Source of the DNA: Balamuthia mandrillaris
Lineage: Eukaryota
Assembly (NCBI GenBank): GCA_031835245.2
Contig: JAVKOQ020000013.1
Span: forward strand, 62,001 to 126,000
Direction: 5' to 3'
DNA: 64,000 bases
The notes beneath the pieces are model-generated. The model did no database searches and was not told where the DNA came from. It was given only the letters and a program-made list of their open reading frames with translations. Made by a program: the position numbers and the translations under genes. Below, one piece after another: positions 26,164 through 38,953 of the stretch; position 1 is the first letter of the stretch; each line of letters starts with the position of its first letter.

Positions 26164-29022
26164 ATGACCAACTTGGGCGTGGTGGACTATGTGGTAATGG
26201 CGGTCTACCTGGGGGCCATCACGGCCATAGGCCTGCTTTTTCAAAAGAAGGCCTCCAGTGGGATCCAATCTTTCTTCTTGGGTAGGTGGTGGACCTCTCT
26301 GTGTGTTGTGTTCCCATTTTTCGTGCTCCCAGCTCATCAGATGAGTTTTGTGCTCTTCTCGCTCTCTCTACGTGACAAACTTTTTGAAAGGCGGCAACAA
26401 GATCCCATGGTGGGCCTTGGCTGCCTCTGGCATGGCTTCCAACCTTGACATCTCTGGGACGATGATCAACACAGGTAAACACGCCTGAGCGTGAAAGTGG
26501 AACATCTGCCCAGTTTTTAACACTAACCGCTACGTGCCAACGGCAGCGCTTGTGTACGCGTTGGGTGCATCTGGCTTCTTCATCGAGTTCAGAGGAGGCG
26601 TGACGCTGGTGCTGCCCTTCCTGATGATTTTCATGGGCAAGTGGAACAGACGTGCCAAAGTGATGACGATGGCTGAGTGGATGATGCTTCGCTTTGGTGA
26701 GGGAAAGCATGGCAACTGGGCTCGTGTAGTCAGCGCCATCACCGTTCTGCTGACCACCGTCGTGATGATCACCTACTTTGCCATCGGCTCTGGCAAAGTA
26801 ATGTGATCTCTTTCTTTCTCTCTTCGCTCAAACGCACGTTGCGCAAAGTTTCTCACCCTATCACCACAACAAGTTTGTAGGCGAGTTCCTTGGGATCCCT
26901 TATTTCCTTGGTATTAGCCCGACGTTCTGGGCAGCCTGTTTGATGGTCTCTCGCTCTCTGCTTCTCTGCTCTCTTCTCTCATGCTTACATTTGATGAATA
27001 CAGGTGGGGTTGTCGATGTCATTTACAGTGGCAAGTGGTTTGCATGGGGTTGTTTGGACGGACGTGTTTCAGTCCGTTCTTATCCTTGGCATTATTATTT
27101 ACGTCTGCGTGGCCGCCATGGTTAAAGTAACTCTTCCTGATACGTTTCTCATTTCATTACCACTCGGTTCGGGCTCTGATGGAGGTATGTTCCGTTACTT
27201 CCTATTTATTTATTTTTTAAAAAGGTGCAAGTTTGTGTCTTTAACGGCCTTGCTATTTGTATCTGCAGCATTTCGCCAGCTTAATGTCACTAAAGAAGAA
27301 TGGGAGAGCGTGATTACGCCCTCCAAAGTGTGGAACCTTGGGCTAGACTCGGATTACTCCTACTCCATCTACAACTATTTTTATTTGACAGTCACATTCT
27401 ATTCCTTGAAAGTGTTGTTGGACGGCTTTGGGGGAGTCTCGGGTATGTATTTATTTATAATGAATACAGGGTTGAACGGCGCCAACAAGAATATCATCTT
27501 AACCAAAGTTCTTAGGATACATGCTGCAGCGCTTTCTGTCTGCGAAAAACGACAAGGAAGCTTCCAAGTTAACATGCTTATGGATCTTTCTCCTTTCCTT
27601 TCGTTGGCCGTTTATTGCTGCTGTCGCTCTCCTTGGTGTCTATTATGGCAATGTCTATAATCCAGGGCATGTTATTGCGGACCCTGAAACCGTCCTTCCA
27701 ATTGTCATTGGGTTTGTAACTTCTCTCTAGTCTCTCGTCTCTCGTCTCTCGCCTCTCGCCTCTCGCCTCTCGCCTCTTCTCTCTCGCTCTCTCTCTCTCT
27801 CCTCCGGTTTCCAAACTTAACGTCTCATCACATAGAGAGCTGTTTCCAGTGGGAATGAAGGGCTTGTTGTTAGCTGGCTTGACTGCTGCCGCTATTTCAA
27901 CTTTTGACAGCACGGTCAATGCAGCGGCTGCTTATTGGGTCAAAGACATATACCAAGCATTCATCCGGCCGAACGCCACTCCAAAACAACTCATGTTCCA
28001 CAGTAGAGTGTCCTCCGTGGTGATAGTGATTATAGGCCTTGCTGTAACTTTGATCACTCCAAACATCAACTCCATGTGGGGATGGGTTAACTCTGGCCTT
28101 GCTGGTGGAATGCTGGTTCCGCTCATGCTTCGATGGTACTGGTGGCGTTTGAATGGTTTGTAGCATCTCCGATTCTATGTTCTCTACTCTCCATCTCTTC
28201 CTCGCTTCTCTCTTTTATCTTGTATTCTCTCTGTGATGTTAATAAGTTGGTGGGTGATAGGAATGGGCTTTGCCATAGGGACCATAGGTGGTATAACAGC
28301 AGGAGTACTCCAGAAGATGGTATTGCCTGATATTGAGGAATACTATGCTTTGCTTTGGTCTGTTTCTGTTTGCATTGGTACTCACATCCTCCTTTTTTGC
28401 CTTGTCATCTCAATATATATTGCTTAACGTTCTTTGATCAATAGTGGCAATGCTAGTAACGACGTTTGTGACAGAAGAACCAGACCAAGAAACGTTGCTT
28501 CGATTCTACATAACAACAAGGCCACTTGGCTTTTGGCATCCGATACGTCAAAGACTTCAGCAACTTGCTCAACTGCAACCCGACAACGAAGATAACGAGC
28601 AGCAACAGGAAAAGGAGGTGCACAAGCTCCTGTTGAAAGAGTTGTCGCATCTATCCAGAACAAGCAACATTCACAACGTACACGACTACCTACGACGAAT
28701 CGATGCAGAGAACTCGAGAGACATGACGGCCCTTTTCTTCGCAGTGCCATGGCAGGTCGTCCTCTTCTTGCTGTGGATGTGCTGTGTGTTCAAGACGTGG
28801 ATAGCGTGCTTCGTGCTGGCAATACTGTGGATCAGCCTTAGCGTCGTGCTGTACTTCATCTGGTACTTGCCGTTGGACCATTCTTTGCAACGGGAGGAAA
28901 CGATAGCGGTGGATGAAAACGAGGAGGAAGTAAAGCGAAACCTGGAGCCACAAGATGCAGACGCCGAGGGGTTGGAGATGGAAGTGTGGAACGATGGTAC
29001 GGATGAGGAACTGCAAAGATAG
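26164..29022 (+). CDS. Sodium:solute symporter (SSS/SLC5 family), multi-exon
   Basis: SFFLGGNKIPWWALAASGMASNLDISGTM, MTMAEWMMLRFG, SGLHGVVWTDVFQ, MLQRFLSAK, DPETVLP, GMKGLLLAGLTAAAISTFDSTVNAAAAYWVKDIY, LRWYWWRLNG, FYITTRPLGFW; many hydrophobic segments. Confidence 0.92.
27728..27800. repeat. Intronic CTCGTCT/CTCGCCT 7-mer and CT repeat
   Basis: Tandem units seen directly inside an SSS intron. Confidence 0.75.
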
Positions 29023-29042
29023 AAAAGCAAAAATATCTATAT

Positions 29043-29266
29043 TTAAATAGCAGCAACGTTTACTCCCAAGCGAGCAAGATAACGCAACATCTGTGCATTC
29101 ATGTCGATCTTTTCATTTGCAAACCGGGCCAGCAATTTGTTGGCCAGCGCAACACCATTGGGGATGTGCAGCAAAGCCTTCTTTGGCATCTTCCCTTCCA
29201 ATGCTTTCTTCCTTTCTTCCTCAAACTTTTAGAATAAAATAATAAAGAAAATGAGTACATGCAACA

Positions 29267-29301
<35 letters not shown>

Positions 29302-31300
29302 ATAATGCACAAGTGGAATAAAGAATTGTAGGTCTGAACGTCAGGCTTCACTCCCATCTGCTCAAAGTACACATCAAAGGCTCTTCTCTTCCAGTCAAGG
29401 GACTCGGCCAGCTCGCAACCGCGCAAGAAGATGTTGAAAGAGATTATAGTCGGCTTGACCAAGGATAACTCGTCCTGAAAGGTGCTCTTATTATCTTTGG
29501 TTGGTTCTCCTTCCTCTTCTCCGTTTTGTTGTTTGCTTTGTTCTGGCAAAAGCCAGGGCTTGCTTCTTTTGAGGTATCTATCGCGGACCAGTTGTCTCTG
29601 TTTCACGACCAAGTCTTTCTCCTTTAATTGCTGCATCTCCAACAATAGGTCGTAGGCCATCTCTATGCCTTTGTCTTTGGCGCCCTCAGGAAAGTTGTTG
29701 GGGTTCTCGTTGATGCAGGTTTCCATCAGCGCGTGGAACGTTCGTGCTGTGGGTTTGAGGCCATGTGCCAGCATCTCCTTCATCAGCTGAAGGGCTGTGT
29801 TCATGCCGGAGAGGTTCTCCTCTGTCTCCTCGTCCGATACCTCCTCTTGCATAGCTCTATCAAGGGTTACAGCACGATCATGGAGCCACCGCTCTCTCTG
29901 CTCTCGTTCTTCCTCTCGCCGCTCGAACTCTTGAGCCTCCTTTTCTCCACCAATGGGGTCGTGTTCTCTCTTAACTTTAGCTTCCTGCGCTGCTTGATTA
30001 ATAAGCACCTCCGCCACTTGAATTACTTCATCCTCACCGCGAGCCACAACAGTCTCTCCCTGACTGACGCGCTCCTCCTCTCTTAGCCTTTGTTTCTTGC
30101 GGAAGGTGTCCTCGTCTGGCTGCTCTGACAAAGGCTTTCTCTTAGGGTGACCACACAGCCCAATCATGATGGTGTAGGCCAACGTGTCGGGGTGCTGGCC
30201 CTCCTCATTCATCCTATCCCAAAGCTCAAAGGCCTTCTTCTTCAGCCATATCCTTTCTTTGCGTCTCTTGTCCCGCAGTCGTTGGTTCTCCTCTGGGTCC
30301 TCATAGTCATTGGTTCTGAGGTGGAGGTCGTAGTAGATGGCATGCAGAAGTGAAGTATAGGCACGCAGGTCCGGCTTCTGTCCAACCGCCAGCAATCTCT
30401 CCCAGCTCAATAGTGCCTCCCGCACATAACCCCATTTACCAAACGCAGTGATGAGGAGGTTGAAGCCCCTGTTGTCGGTGTCGCCTGGTGACGGCACAGC
30501 GTGGGCCACCAGCCGTTTGATCCCGTTAGGAATGACCTGCTTGTCTGCTGCCTTCATGCTCACCAGATTGGCTAAGCCCTCTGCATCAACCTTTCCTTTG
30601 GTGTACGACAAAAGTAAATGAAGAAGAAGAAGAAGAAGAAGAAGAAGAACAAGAAGAAGAAGAAGAAGAAGAAGAAGAAGAAGCAGAACAAGAACAAGAA
30701 GAACAAGAAGAACAACAAGAAGAAGAAGAAGAACAAGAACAAGCAAAGAAGAACAAAGAAGAAGAACGAGAACGAGAACGAGAACGAGAACGAGAACGAG
30801 AACGAGAACGAGAACGAGAACGAGAACGAGACGAGGAGAGAACGAGAACGAGAACGAGAACGAGAACGAGAACGAGAACGAGAACGAGAACGAGAACGAG
30901 AACGAGAACGAGAACGAGAACGAGAACGAGAACGAGAACGAGAAAATGAGTTCACAAGGTTCAAAGGTCTCAAACCTTCTTTTAAAAGTTGCTCCTCCAA
31001 CGTAGCAAGATAGATACTAGTATCAGTGAAAGCAGTGAGATCTCCATTGGCAGCTCTCAACGCCGCAGCTTCTTTGTGCGGCTGTCCCCCCCGTCGAATC
31101 CAACGTGGGGCGGAGGCGTGCCATTCCCTCGCGCTAAAGGGTGGCCGCCCAAACTGGAACATGATGGCAGTGGAAGAGCGAAGGGAGGAAGAAAAAAGAG
31201 CTGGACTGCATCTCGCACGGTGTGCCAAAAGGGAGCCGCGCCGTCCAACCAAGGAGGCCCGACCAGTGCTTCCCAGTGTCACTCGTCCAACCCTGCTCAT
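29043..31300 (-). CDS. Pentatricopeptide-repeat (PPR) protein, probably mitochondrial, 3 exons
   Basis: Arg/Ser-rich, acid-poor N-terminus (MSRVGRVTLGSTGRAS...). PPR motifs FNLLITAFGKWG, KPDLRAYTSLLHA, HPDTLAYTIMIGLCG, GLKPTARTFHALMETC, KPTIISFNIFLRGC, GVKPDVQTYNSLFHLC. Last exon FEEERKK...VNVAAI, stop 29043-29045. Confidence 0.88.
30620..30943. repeat. Long intronic compound microsatellite (GAA/GAACAA)n-(GAACGA)n
   Basis: About 320 nt of tandem units filling most of PPR intron 1. Splicing LRPLNL to VDAEGLA restores the frame. Confidence 0.92.
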
Positions 31301-31916
31301 AATCACACCCAGTTCACCTTTCTTTCTGTTTGCGTTTTTTTTTGTTTGTCCGATAGATCAATGACTCCTCATTTAAGATGGTAATCGAACGAAGCCGCTT
31401 TCTTGCGAATTTCATCGCAGTAGCCGTCAAATTGCACCGGGGATTCACAAAGGGAAAAAGCCGAGAAAGAATCGGAAACTCCGTGAGGAAACCCTCGACT
31501 CCCCGATCACCCTCACCGAAACACAATTTTTCTTCGGCTCCCCCCCATTTCATTTTTTTTTTTTTCGGTGCAGCCAAACTTCCCACTTTTTTTCACAAGC
31601 GCGTAGCCGCGTCCCCTCCCCTTTTTGCTGCGGACTTTGTCCCCGTGCACTTTGGTCGCAACTCCGGCAAAGGAAGCTCCTTCCTCCTCTCACTGAGCAG
31701 TTTGCCTTTTTTACTGTTTAAGTGTGAGGTGGTTTTTATTTGTTCAGCAGCATCAAACAGCCTGCCTTCTACTTTTTTTCCTCTTTCGTTTTGATCTCGC
31801 TACTTTTTTTTAGCGATCAATCACTGGATTACACAGTGTATTTTTCACTTATTCAACGTGTGTGTGTGCTTTTCGGCGTTTTACCGCTTAATCCCCTCTT
31901 TTCCTTCTTCAACAAC

Positions 31917-32012
31917 ATGGCTTCTTACTCTTTTATTACGGGTCGCTCGTCGGCAGCCGCGAATGAACAGGCTGGCCGCACCTACCCCAGGAACACGACT
32001 GTCAGTGCCTAA
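31917..32012 (+). other. Candidate upstream ORF / small peptide (31 aa) ahead of the eIF4E gene
   Basis: aacaacATGg context; MASYSFITGRSSAAANEQAGRTYPRNTTVSA stop; non-low-complexity island in an otherwise T/A-tract-rich leader. Confidence 0.35.
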
Positions 32013-32351
32013 CCCGGGTTTCCAAAAGAACCGTAGCACTTTTTAAAAAAGAACGAACACAGCTGAGAGCGAGAAAATCGAAGCCATTCTCTCTCCTCCT
32101 GTGTACGTCCTTGTTGTTGGAAGGAAACACACACATCCCCCCCCCCAAAGCGACAAACCCACTCACACACACACCACATAAAAATACCCACTCTCTGTAA
32201 CTCTGCAACTACTTTCTTCTACTCTCTCTGTACTACCACAATCTCAACTTGAAAACCTTCACCAAACTTTCAAACACTCGCTCTGGTCCAAGCTAATAAC
32301 GCTACAGCTTGGCCGATACCAAAGACAGCAGACACAACACTTTGCTCGACA

Positions 32352-33820
32352 ATGAAGGGACTCAAAATGATGAGTCCTCTCTCTGCACCCTACTCGCCTC
32401 ATTCCCTCTCCACGTCCTCTCCCTCCTCTGGTTACGAAACCTACGTGGAGGTGGTGGAGGAAGAAGTGGAATACACGGGGTTGGACTTTGACGACAGTCC
32501 ATCTTCCTATGCGAGCTATGTCTCTCCCTACTCCTCTCCCCTCTACTCCGGCTACTCTAGTCCCTACTACAACTACGCCGGTGCTGCTGTATACAACCAA
32601 AACTACTACTACGACTATCAGGCTCCTTCCTACCCTGTCTCTCCGCAGCCAACGCAAGCTTCTTCGCTTGCGTCCCCTTCTGCACCCTCTTCTCTTACTC
32701 CTGTTCGTCCTTCGCAGCCTGTTGCTTCTTCGACCGCAAGGGCACCACTGCGCTCTCCTCAGCCTCTCTTCATCTGCCCCACACCCGTTGCTGCCACACC
32801 CGTGAAGAAAACCGTTGCACCTAGTGCTTCTCGCAAGCCCACTCCAAAACCTTCTCGCAGTTGGGTCGACATAATGGACGAGGAGGATGACGACGACGAA
32901 CTGATCAGTTTCAGCGAGGAGGAAAGCGGTAGCGACTCTAGTAACGAATCCAGTGACAACGAAACCGGGGAGGAGGAGCTGCGTTACGAGGAGTGTGACT
33001 CTCTAACGGCTACGCCAGCCACTTCCGTCCTTCCTTCGCCTGGTCCCTCACCACCGCCCTCCCCCGCTCGTGGCGTCTGCGTGAGCCCTGGTCCCGGTTT
33101 TCGCGTCCCCAGCCCTCCCATCTCCCAAGCGATGAGCCAAACCCAGTTGGAGATGCAGCGCTTGTTGGGCTCCGTGGTGTCCGTGCCCATCGTACTGGAG
33201 CACCCCTGGAGCTTCTGGTTCCATCGCTTTGTAGCCGGCTCGTCGTCTTCTTCGTCAGGGGCTCACTCCACGGCGGAACAATACGAGGCGGCCTTGCAAA
33301 GGCTGGGCTCCTTCCACTCTGTTCAGACCTTTTGGCAGTGGACCAACAACCTGCCCGCCCTCGCCAAGTTGGAGGCTTCCTCCACCCTTCACCTCATGAA
33401 AGACGGCGTTCGTCCCTTATGGTAGTTCTCTCCTCTCTTATTTTTGTTGTTCTTCTGTGCCCCACTCACCCTTAAACGTTATTTTGCAGGGAGGATGACC
33501 ATAACGCAGAAGGAGGAACAATGTCCTTCCGAGTACGCAAGGCCCAGACGGAACAGGTCTGGCAGCACCTCTTACTGACCGTAATCGGGGAACAGTACGA
33601 CTGCGTGCTGGACCCTCTGGACGAGATCTGTGGCGCCTCTGTCTCCATCCGCAAGTCTGGCGGGGAGAATGTGATCTCCCTATGGAACAAGCGGGCGGAC
33701 CGCCTCAACCAAGCGGCCTTGCTCCGCCGCATCCTCACCTTATTCTCTGGGACGGGTCTGGAGATTCGCAGCCCTGCCTACAAAGTGCACAAGAAGGAGA
33801 AAGACTTCAACAAACCGTGA
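32352..33820 (+). CDS. EIF4E3: eIF4E-family cap-binding protein, class III-like, with long Tyr/Ser/Pro/acidic N-terminal extension; 2 exons
   Basis: LEHPWSFWFHR...TAEQYEAAL...SVQTFWQWTNNLP...LHLMKDGVRPLW|EDDHNAEGG...VWQHLLLTVIGEQY...DEICGASVSIR...ISLWN...YKVH; intron ~33423-33490. Confidence 0.85.
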
Positions 33821-34009
33821 AAACAAGTCCTTCTTCTCTCTTTCCCCCATACAAAAAAAAAAGGCATAAAAAGAAGAAAGAAAATTTAGGAAAACCAAAA
33901 AACAAGTTATTCCGTAAGGTCGACCCGAATTCTGAATGATGCATACACGTCGACGTGGTAGAATGAAAAAATACCACAAAGAAAAGAAAAAAAATAGTGG
34001 AGAGAGCGC

Positions 34010-36399
34010 ATGATGCTGACGTCTCTTCGGCCTGTTGCAGCCGGCGGGAAGGCTACCCCAACGTGGGGCTTGTTGCTACTACCGCACACAAGAGCCGTTG
34101 CTAGCAACGTCTCCCCAATAAGGCTGCAGTGCCGGTGGCGGAGTAACAACTCCAAAGAAGATGAGGAAGCACACAAGCAAAGGAGCAAGAGCGATAGGCG
34201 TCCGCTTCCCTTTGAGCTGCCTACTGATATGCGTGACTATGGGAGCTACGAGCCAGTTATCACTTGGCCGTTTTCGTCGTCGTCGTCATCAGCAGCAGCA
34301 GAAACGGCAACGGAACCCAAAGAAAGGCAGGTCTTGATAGACAGAACGCCTCTGGCTCGCCCTGCTGGTACGCTTTTTTGTTTTTTTCAAATCAATGGAT
34401 CTGGTGCGAGAAAGGACGACACCACCGCAAACACTGCCCCGCCGTTTGTCGTGTTCTTACCGCACTAACCCCTTCTTTTTACCAGCCACAAAACCATCAA
34501 CCACGCCAAAGTCGCCCCGCACGCCTTTGGTGGAGTACCTTGCCTCGCTGCTGCAGTTAAGAGGACCCATACCCGTGTCTACTTACATGAAGGAAGCATT
34601 GACGAACCCCTTGCACGGCTACTACATGAACAAAGACGTGTTTGGGGCCAGCGGTGACTTCATTACCTCCCCAGAGATTACCCAGATGTTTGGCGAGGTG
34701 CTAAAACGCTCTCCTCTATGCTCCTCAATGCTTCCTGTTTCTCTCTTTCTCTCTCTCTCCCTCTCTCCCTCTTTGAATGTTGCATAAACTCATCCCTTCA
34801 TATACTGTATGCTCCGTTAAGCTGATAGGAGGCTGGTGTTGTGATGTGTGGGCTAAAATGGGCGAACCAAAGGAAGTACGCTAACCTTCCCCAACCTGCT
34901 TTAAGCAGTTCATTCTTATGGTTATTTTTACATTCGTTTTGTGACTTACTGAAATAGGTTCAATTGATAGAGCTTGGGCCGGGGCGTGGATCTTTAATGC
35001 ACGACGCTCTACGGGTTTGTTATTGTCTCTCTCTCCCCTCTCTCTCTCGTGTTTGACGTATGGATCTATTTGTTGCATGGCGTACGTGTATAGACCATTA
35101 AAAAAGCGCGGCCTTTCTTTGATGCGCTCACAGTCAACTTTGTGGAAGTCAGCCCATTCATGCGAGAAAAACAAGCAACCGCCCTTGGCTGCGATGTAAA
35201 TGCGCTTAAGGCATTTCATCAGACACAACAACCTTCCAAGCCTGCTGCTATCAGCGAATCAGTTGTTGTTCCCCCTTCGGTGAAAAGCACTGCTACCACC
35301 GGCAATACCGACATGGATATTTCCAGTTCCACTCCAGTGATGCAAGGCCACAATGGTATTAAAGTACGATGGCACCGGCATCTTTCAGATATCCCACAGG
35401 GTCTCTCTTTCCCTCTCGCTCTGCTTTCACTGCTCTGTTACTCTGCTCTCTTCTCTCTCTCTCTCTCTCTCTATTTGGTGACACTGGTGACAATGATAGG
35501 ACCTACCATCCTTTTGGCGCATGAGTTTTTTGACGCCTTGCCTGTTCATCAATTCCAGTTTACTGAGAAAGGGTGGCGGGAACGCATGGTCGATCTTAAC
35601 TACGGTGATGGGTTTGTTGTTTCCGTTCTTTGGATGGCCTTTCTGGTTTTATACTTATGAGAACGTAAAGACCTCATCATCTGCAGTACGTTCTGTCGCC
35701 TTCGGAAACGTTAGCTACCAAAGTAATGCTTAAACACTTTGAAACAGATAAAACGAAACCTTCCATTGGTAAGATTTTGTGTCCATATATTGCTGCAACA
35801 ATACTCTATTTTTCTGAACAAAAACATTAGGAGCCTCTGTTGAGGTTTGTCTTGAAGGGATGGCCTACTCCCAACAAATAGCTACACGCCTAAAGCAGAA
35901 CAAAGGAGCAGCATTGATCATTGACTACGGCGAGAACTTCACACAAGGAGATACTGTCAGAGCCATCAAGGACCACAAGTTCACCGACATTTTCTGCGAG
36001 CCCGGCCGTTGCGACATCACTGCCGATGTAGACTTTTCAGCGTTAAAACAAAGCGCTGCTTCGATCAGTTTGTCCCTCTTAGCATATTCTCTTCTCTCTT
36101 CTCTTCTCTCTCTCCTCTCTATTATCCTTCTTCTCTAGCTTCTCACACTCTATCCATTAACAAAATAAACCACAGCAAACATCAACGCATTTGGCCCGGT
36201 CACACAATCAAGCTTTCTGCAAGACTTGGGAATAGACGCCCGCACGGCCATGCTGCTCAAAACCGTCAAGCCCTCCGAAACAGAGGACTTGATAGCAGCC
36301 TACGAGCGGTTGGTCGATTCCTCCTCCTCTGGCATGGGCCAGTCTTACAAAGCCTTGGCCTTGTGCTCCGTTGGCATCCATCCCCTTGGTTTCCAATGA
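34010..36399 (+). CDS. NDUFAF7: NDUFAF7/MidA mitochondrial arginine methyltransferase (complex I assembly), multi-exon
   Basis: GPIPVSTYMKEALTNPLHGYY...FGASGDFITSPEITQMFGE, IELGPGRGSL, AHEFFDALPVHQF, GWRERMVD, ALIIDYG, PGRCDITADVDF, MGQSYKAL...GFQ stop 36399. Confidence 0.95.
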
Positions 36400-36503
36400 G
36401 GGTTAAACGATGAGAGAAAAAATAACAATTTTTTTTTTGTTTTGGCGAGAACACCACAGAGGAGAGAGAACACACGAAAGAGAGAAAGGAGGGTTTTGAC
36501 TGT

Positions 36504-36999
36504 ATGGCTGCTGAGCACTTTGACATCATTGTGATTGGTCTTGGAGGTGCTTCTTCTTCTTCTTCTTCTTCTTCTTCTTCTTCTTCTTCTTCTTCTTCTT
36601 CTTCTTCTCTCTCTCTCTCTCCTCAGGGGCAACTTCATATATATGTATATATAAAAATATATAGGCTTTGGTTCAGCTGCATTGTACTGGGCGGCGCGTA
36701 CCTCTGGCCCACGCACAGCGCATGGTAAACGCATACTCGGGCTGGAGCAGTTCAACCTGGGGCACCACCATGGCTCCTCGCAGGACCACTCCCGCATCAT
36801 CAGGCTGGCCTATGACAGCCCTGCCTACACCCGCATCGCCCCCGCTGCCTACATGATGTGGGCTGCCGTGGAGGAGGAGTCTGGCGTGCAGCTTGTGCAT
36901 AAGACTGGAGGCCTTGTTTTTGGAGACAAAGATGACGTGGTACTTGGCTTTTCGCTGTTCCTTTCTTCCTCATCCCGTCTCATTCATCTCTTCTTCCAA

Positions 37000-37043
<44 letters not shown>

Positions 37044-38181
37044 GCAAGTACTCATTTGTGGTTTTATAAAGCACGTTGACAAATATGCTAGAGCCATGGA
37101 GGACCAAGGCATTCCATTCCAGGACATGAGCGGCGAGGAGGCCATGAAGAGATGGCCTCAACTCACGCTCAGCAAAGACGAGAGGGTGCTGTACCAAGCG
37201 GACGCTGGTATCGTGGACCCTGCCAAAGCCAACGCCGTGCACGTAACGCTGGCCCTAGCTCATGGCGCTGAAGTCATTGAGCATGCTAGAGTGCTTCGCT
37301 TGGTGGCGTTGGGGAAGGACAAGTGCCAGGTGATCACCGAGCAGGTGACGCCCACGCCATCAGCCTATACCACCCCAGGACAGAAAACCACCAGGAAAGA
37401 GGTCACGTACACCTGCTCCAGGGTGATCCTTGCCACGGGCGCCTACACCAACTTTTGCCTAAAGAGCCTCGGCGTGAAGCTTCCACTGACCATTACCAAA
37501 GAGCAAGTGACCTACTGGGCGACGCCTCACCTGAAGCTGTTCTCCCCCAAAGTATTCCCGGTGTGGATCACTTATCACACAAACTCCAGCGGTGGCCAGA
37601 AGGTACTGAATGAGTGTTATGGCTTTCCTGTATATGGAGAAGTGGCTACCAAAGCTGGAGTACACCACGGTTAGCTCTCTACCTCATTCTCTCTCTTATC
37701 TATCGATTTACCTGTTCGTGCTGTTTCCGTTTCATGCAGGTGGCAAAGAAATCAGCATTGATGATTTGGTTGCTGGCAAGAGGGATATTAAAGAAGTGGA
37801 CTATGATGCATTACATCGGTTGGAAACCGTGCTAAAGGAAAAGATACCGCTGTTTATTGGCAAGCGGTTGTACACAAAGCCTTGTCTCTACGAGAACACC
37901 AAAGACTACGAACTAGTTATGGACACATTGGAGGTACACCTCTTCCTTCTTTACAACATTCTTGGGTTCTCATCTCTCACTCCCCTCTCCTTAAGGCATG
38001 TGGCTATCCTCAAATCAGTGTTGCCTTGGGGAGCGGCCATGGCTTCAAGTGGGCGTCCTTCATTGGTCTTGTATTGAGCCAACTGGCAAACAAGGGCAAG
38101 TCGAGCTATCCCATCGACAGCTTCAGGATCGACCGACCCACCCTTGGCTTTGAACGTCTTCCTGCTTCCTCTGCTCTCTGA
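36504..38181 (+). CDS. Monomeric sarcosine oxidase / N-methyltryptophan oxidase / pipecolate oxidase family flavoprotein, multi-exon
   Basis: FDIIVIGLGG|FGSAALYW (dinucleotide-binding motif), LEQFNLGHHHGSSQDHSRIIRLAY, VILATGAY, YGFP, KPCLYENT (covalent-FAD Cys position), GSGHGFKW; ends ...ASSAL. Confidence 0.9.
36550..36622. repeat. (CTT)n-(CT)n microsatellite in the first intron of the oxidase gene
   Basis: Seen directly, immediately after the GT donor. Confidence 0.9.
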
Positions 38182-38412
38182 GCCGTTGCGCTGTCCGCAA
38201 AAAAAAAAACAACAAAGACATGAGAGAGGATATGAGATTAGAATAAGACATGAGCGAGGACGCGATCGTGGATACATGAGATTAAATAAGGACATGAGAG
38301 AGGACGCGAGCAGAGACACGAGAGAAGAGACGAGAGAGCAAAAGATTTTCATGTCGTCACAAAAAAAAGAAAGAAACAAAAGAAGAAGAGGGAACACCCA
38401 ACAACAAGGGTC

Positions 38413-38913
38413 ATGTCGGCCAAACAAAAGGGAGAGGAGGCGTTCAAGAGGTTGGATAAAATAGTGTGTATACGCCCCTAAAAAATACTTTTTGTCATTT
38501 AAAAAACATTTGCGTTCATTCTGGTAACCCAAACATTTTGTTTTGAAAAAAAAAAAAAGAATGCTGAACTCTTCACGCTTACTTATGGCTCCATTGTGAT
38601 GCAACTCATCAAAGACTTTGACACTGTTGAAGAGGTCAATGAACAGCTCGACGAAATGTAAACCAACACTTAACTCTCATCTCAACGGTCTCTTTTTTTG
38701 TTGGCTTACATCGCTTGGCATTCAAAAACAAAAGGGGTTACAACATAGGTGTTCGCTTGGTAGAAGAGTTTCTGGCCAAGTCTGGTACACAATGCAACCG
38801 AAACCTTCGTGACGCAGCGGAAACCATTGCAAAGGTTATTCTTTTACCTCCTTTGCCTCTCGTCTTGCTTTCTTGTCGTTTCTTTCTTTCTTTCTTGTCG
38901 TTCAGCCTTTGTT

Positions 38914-38953
<40 letters not shown>

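Noticed and set aside
30620..30943. Regular repeat array and poly-K/NE/RE or RS-repeat ORFs (CRISPR-like array or SR protein)
   Set aside because: Short tandem units with no spacers; removed as a GT-AG intron that restores the PPR frame.
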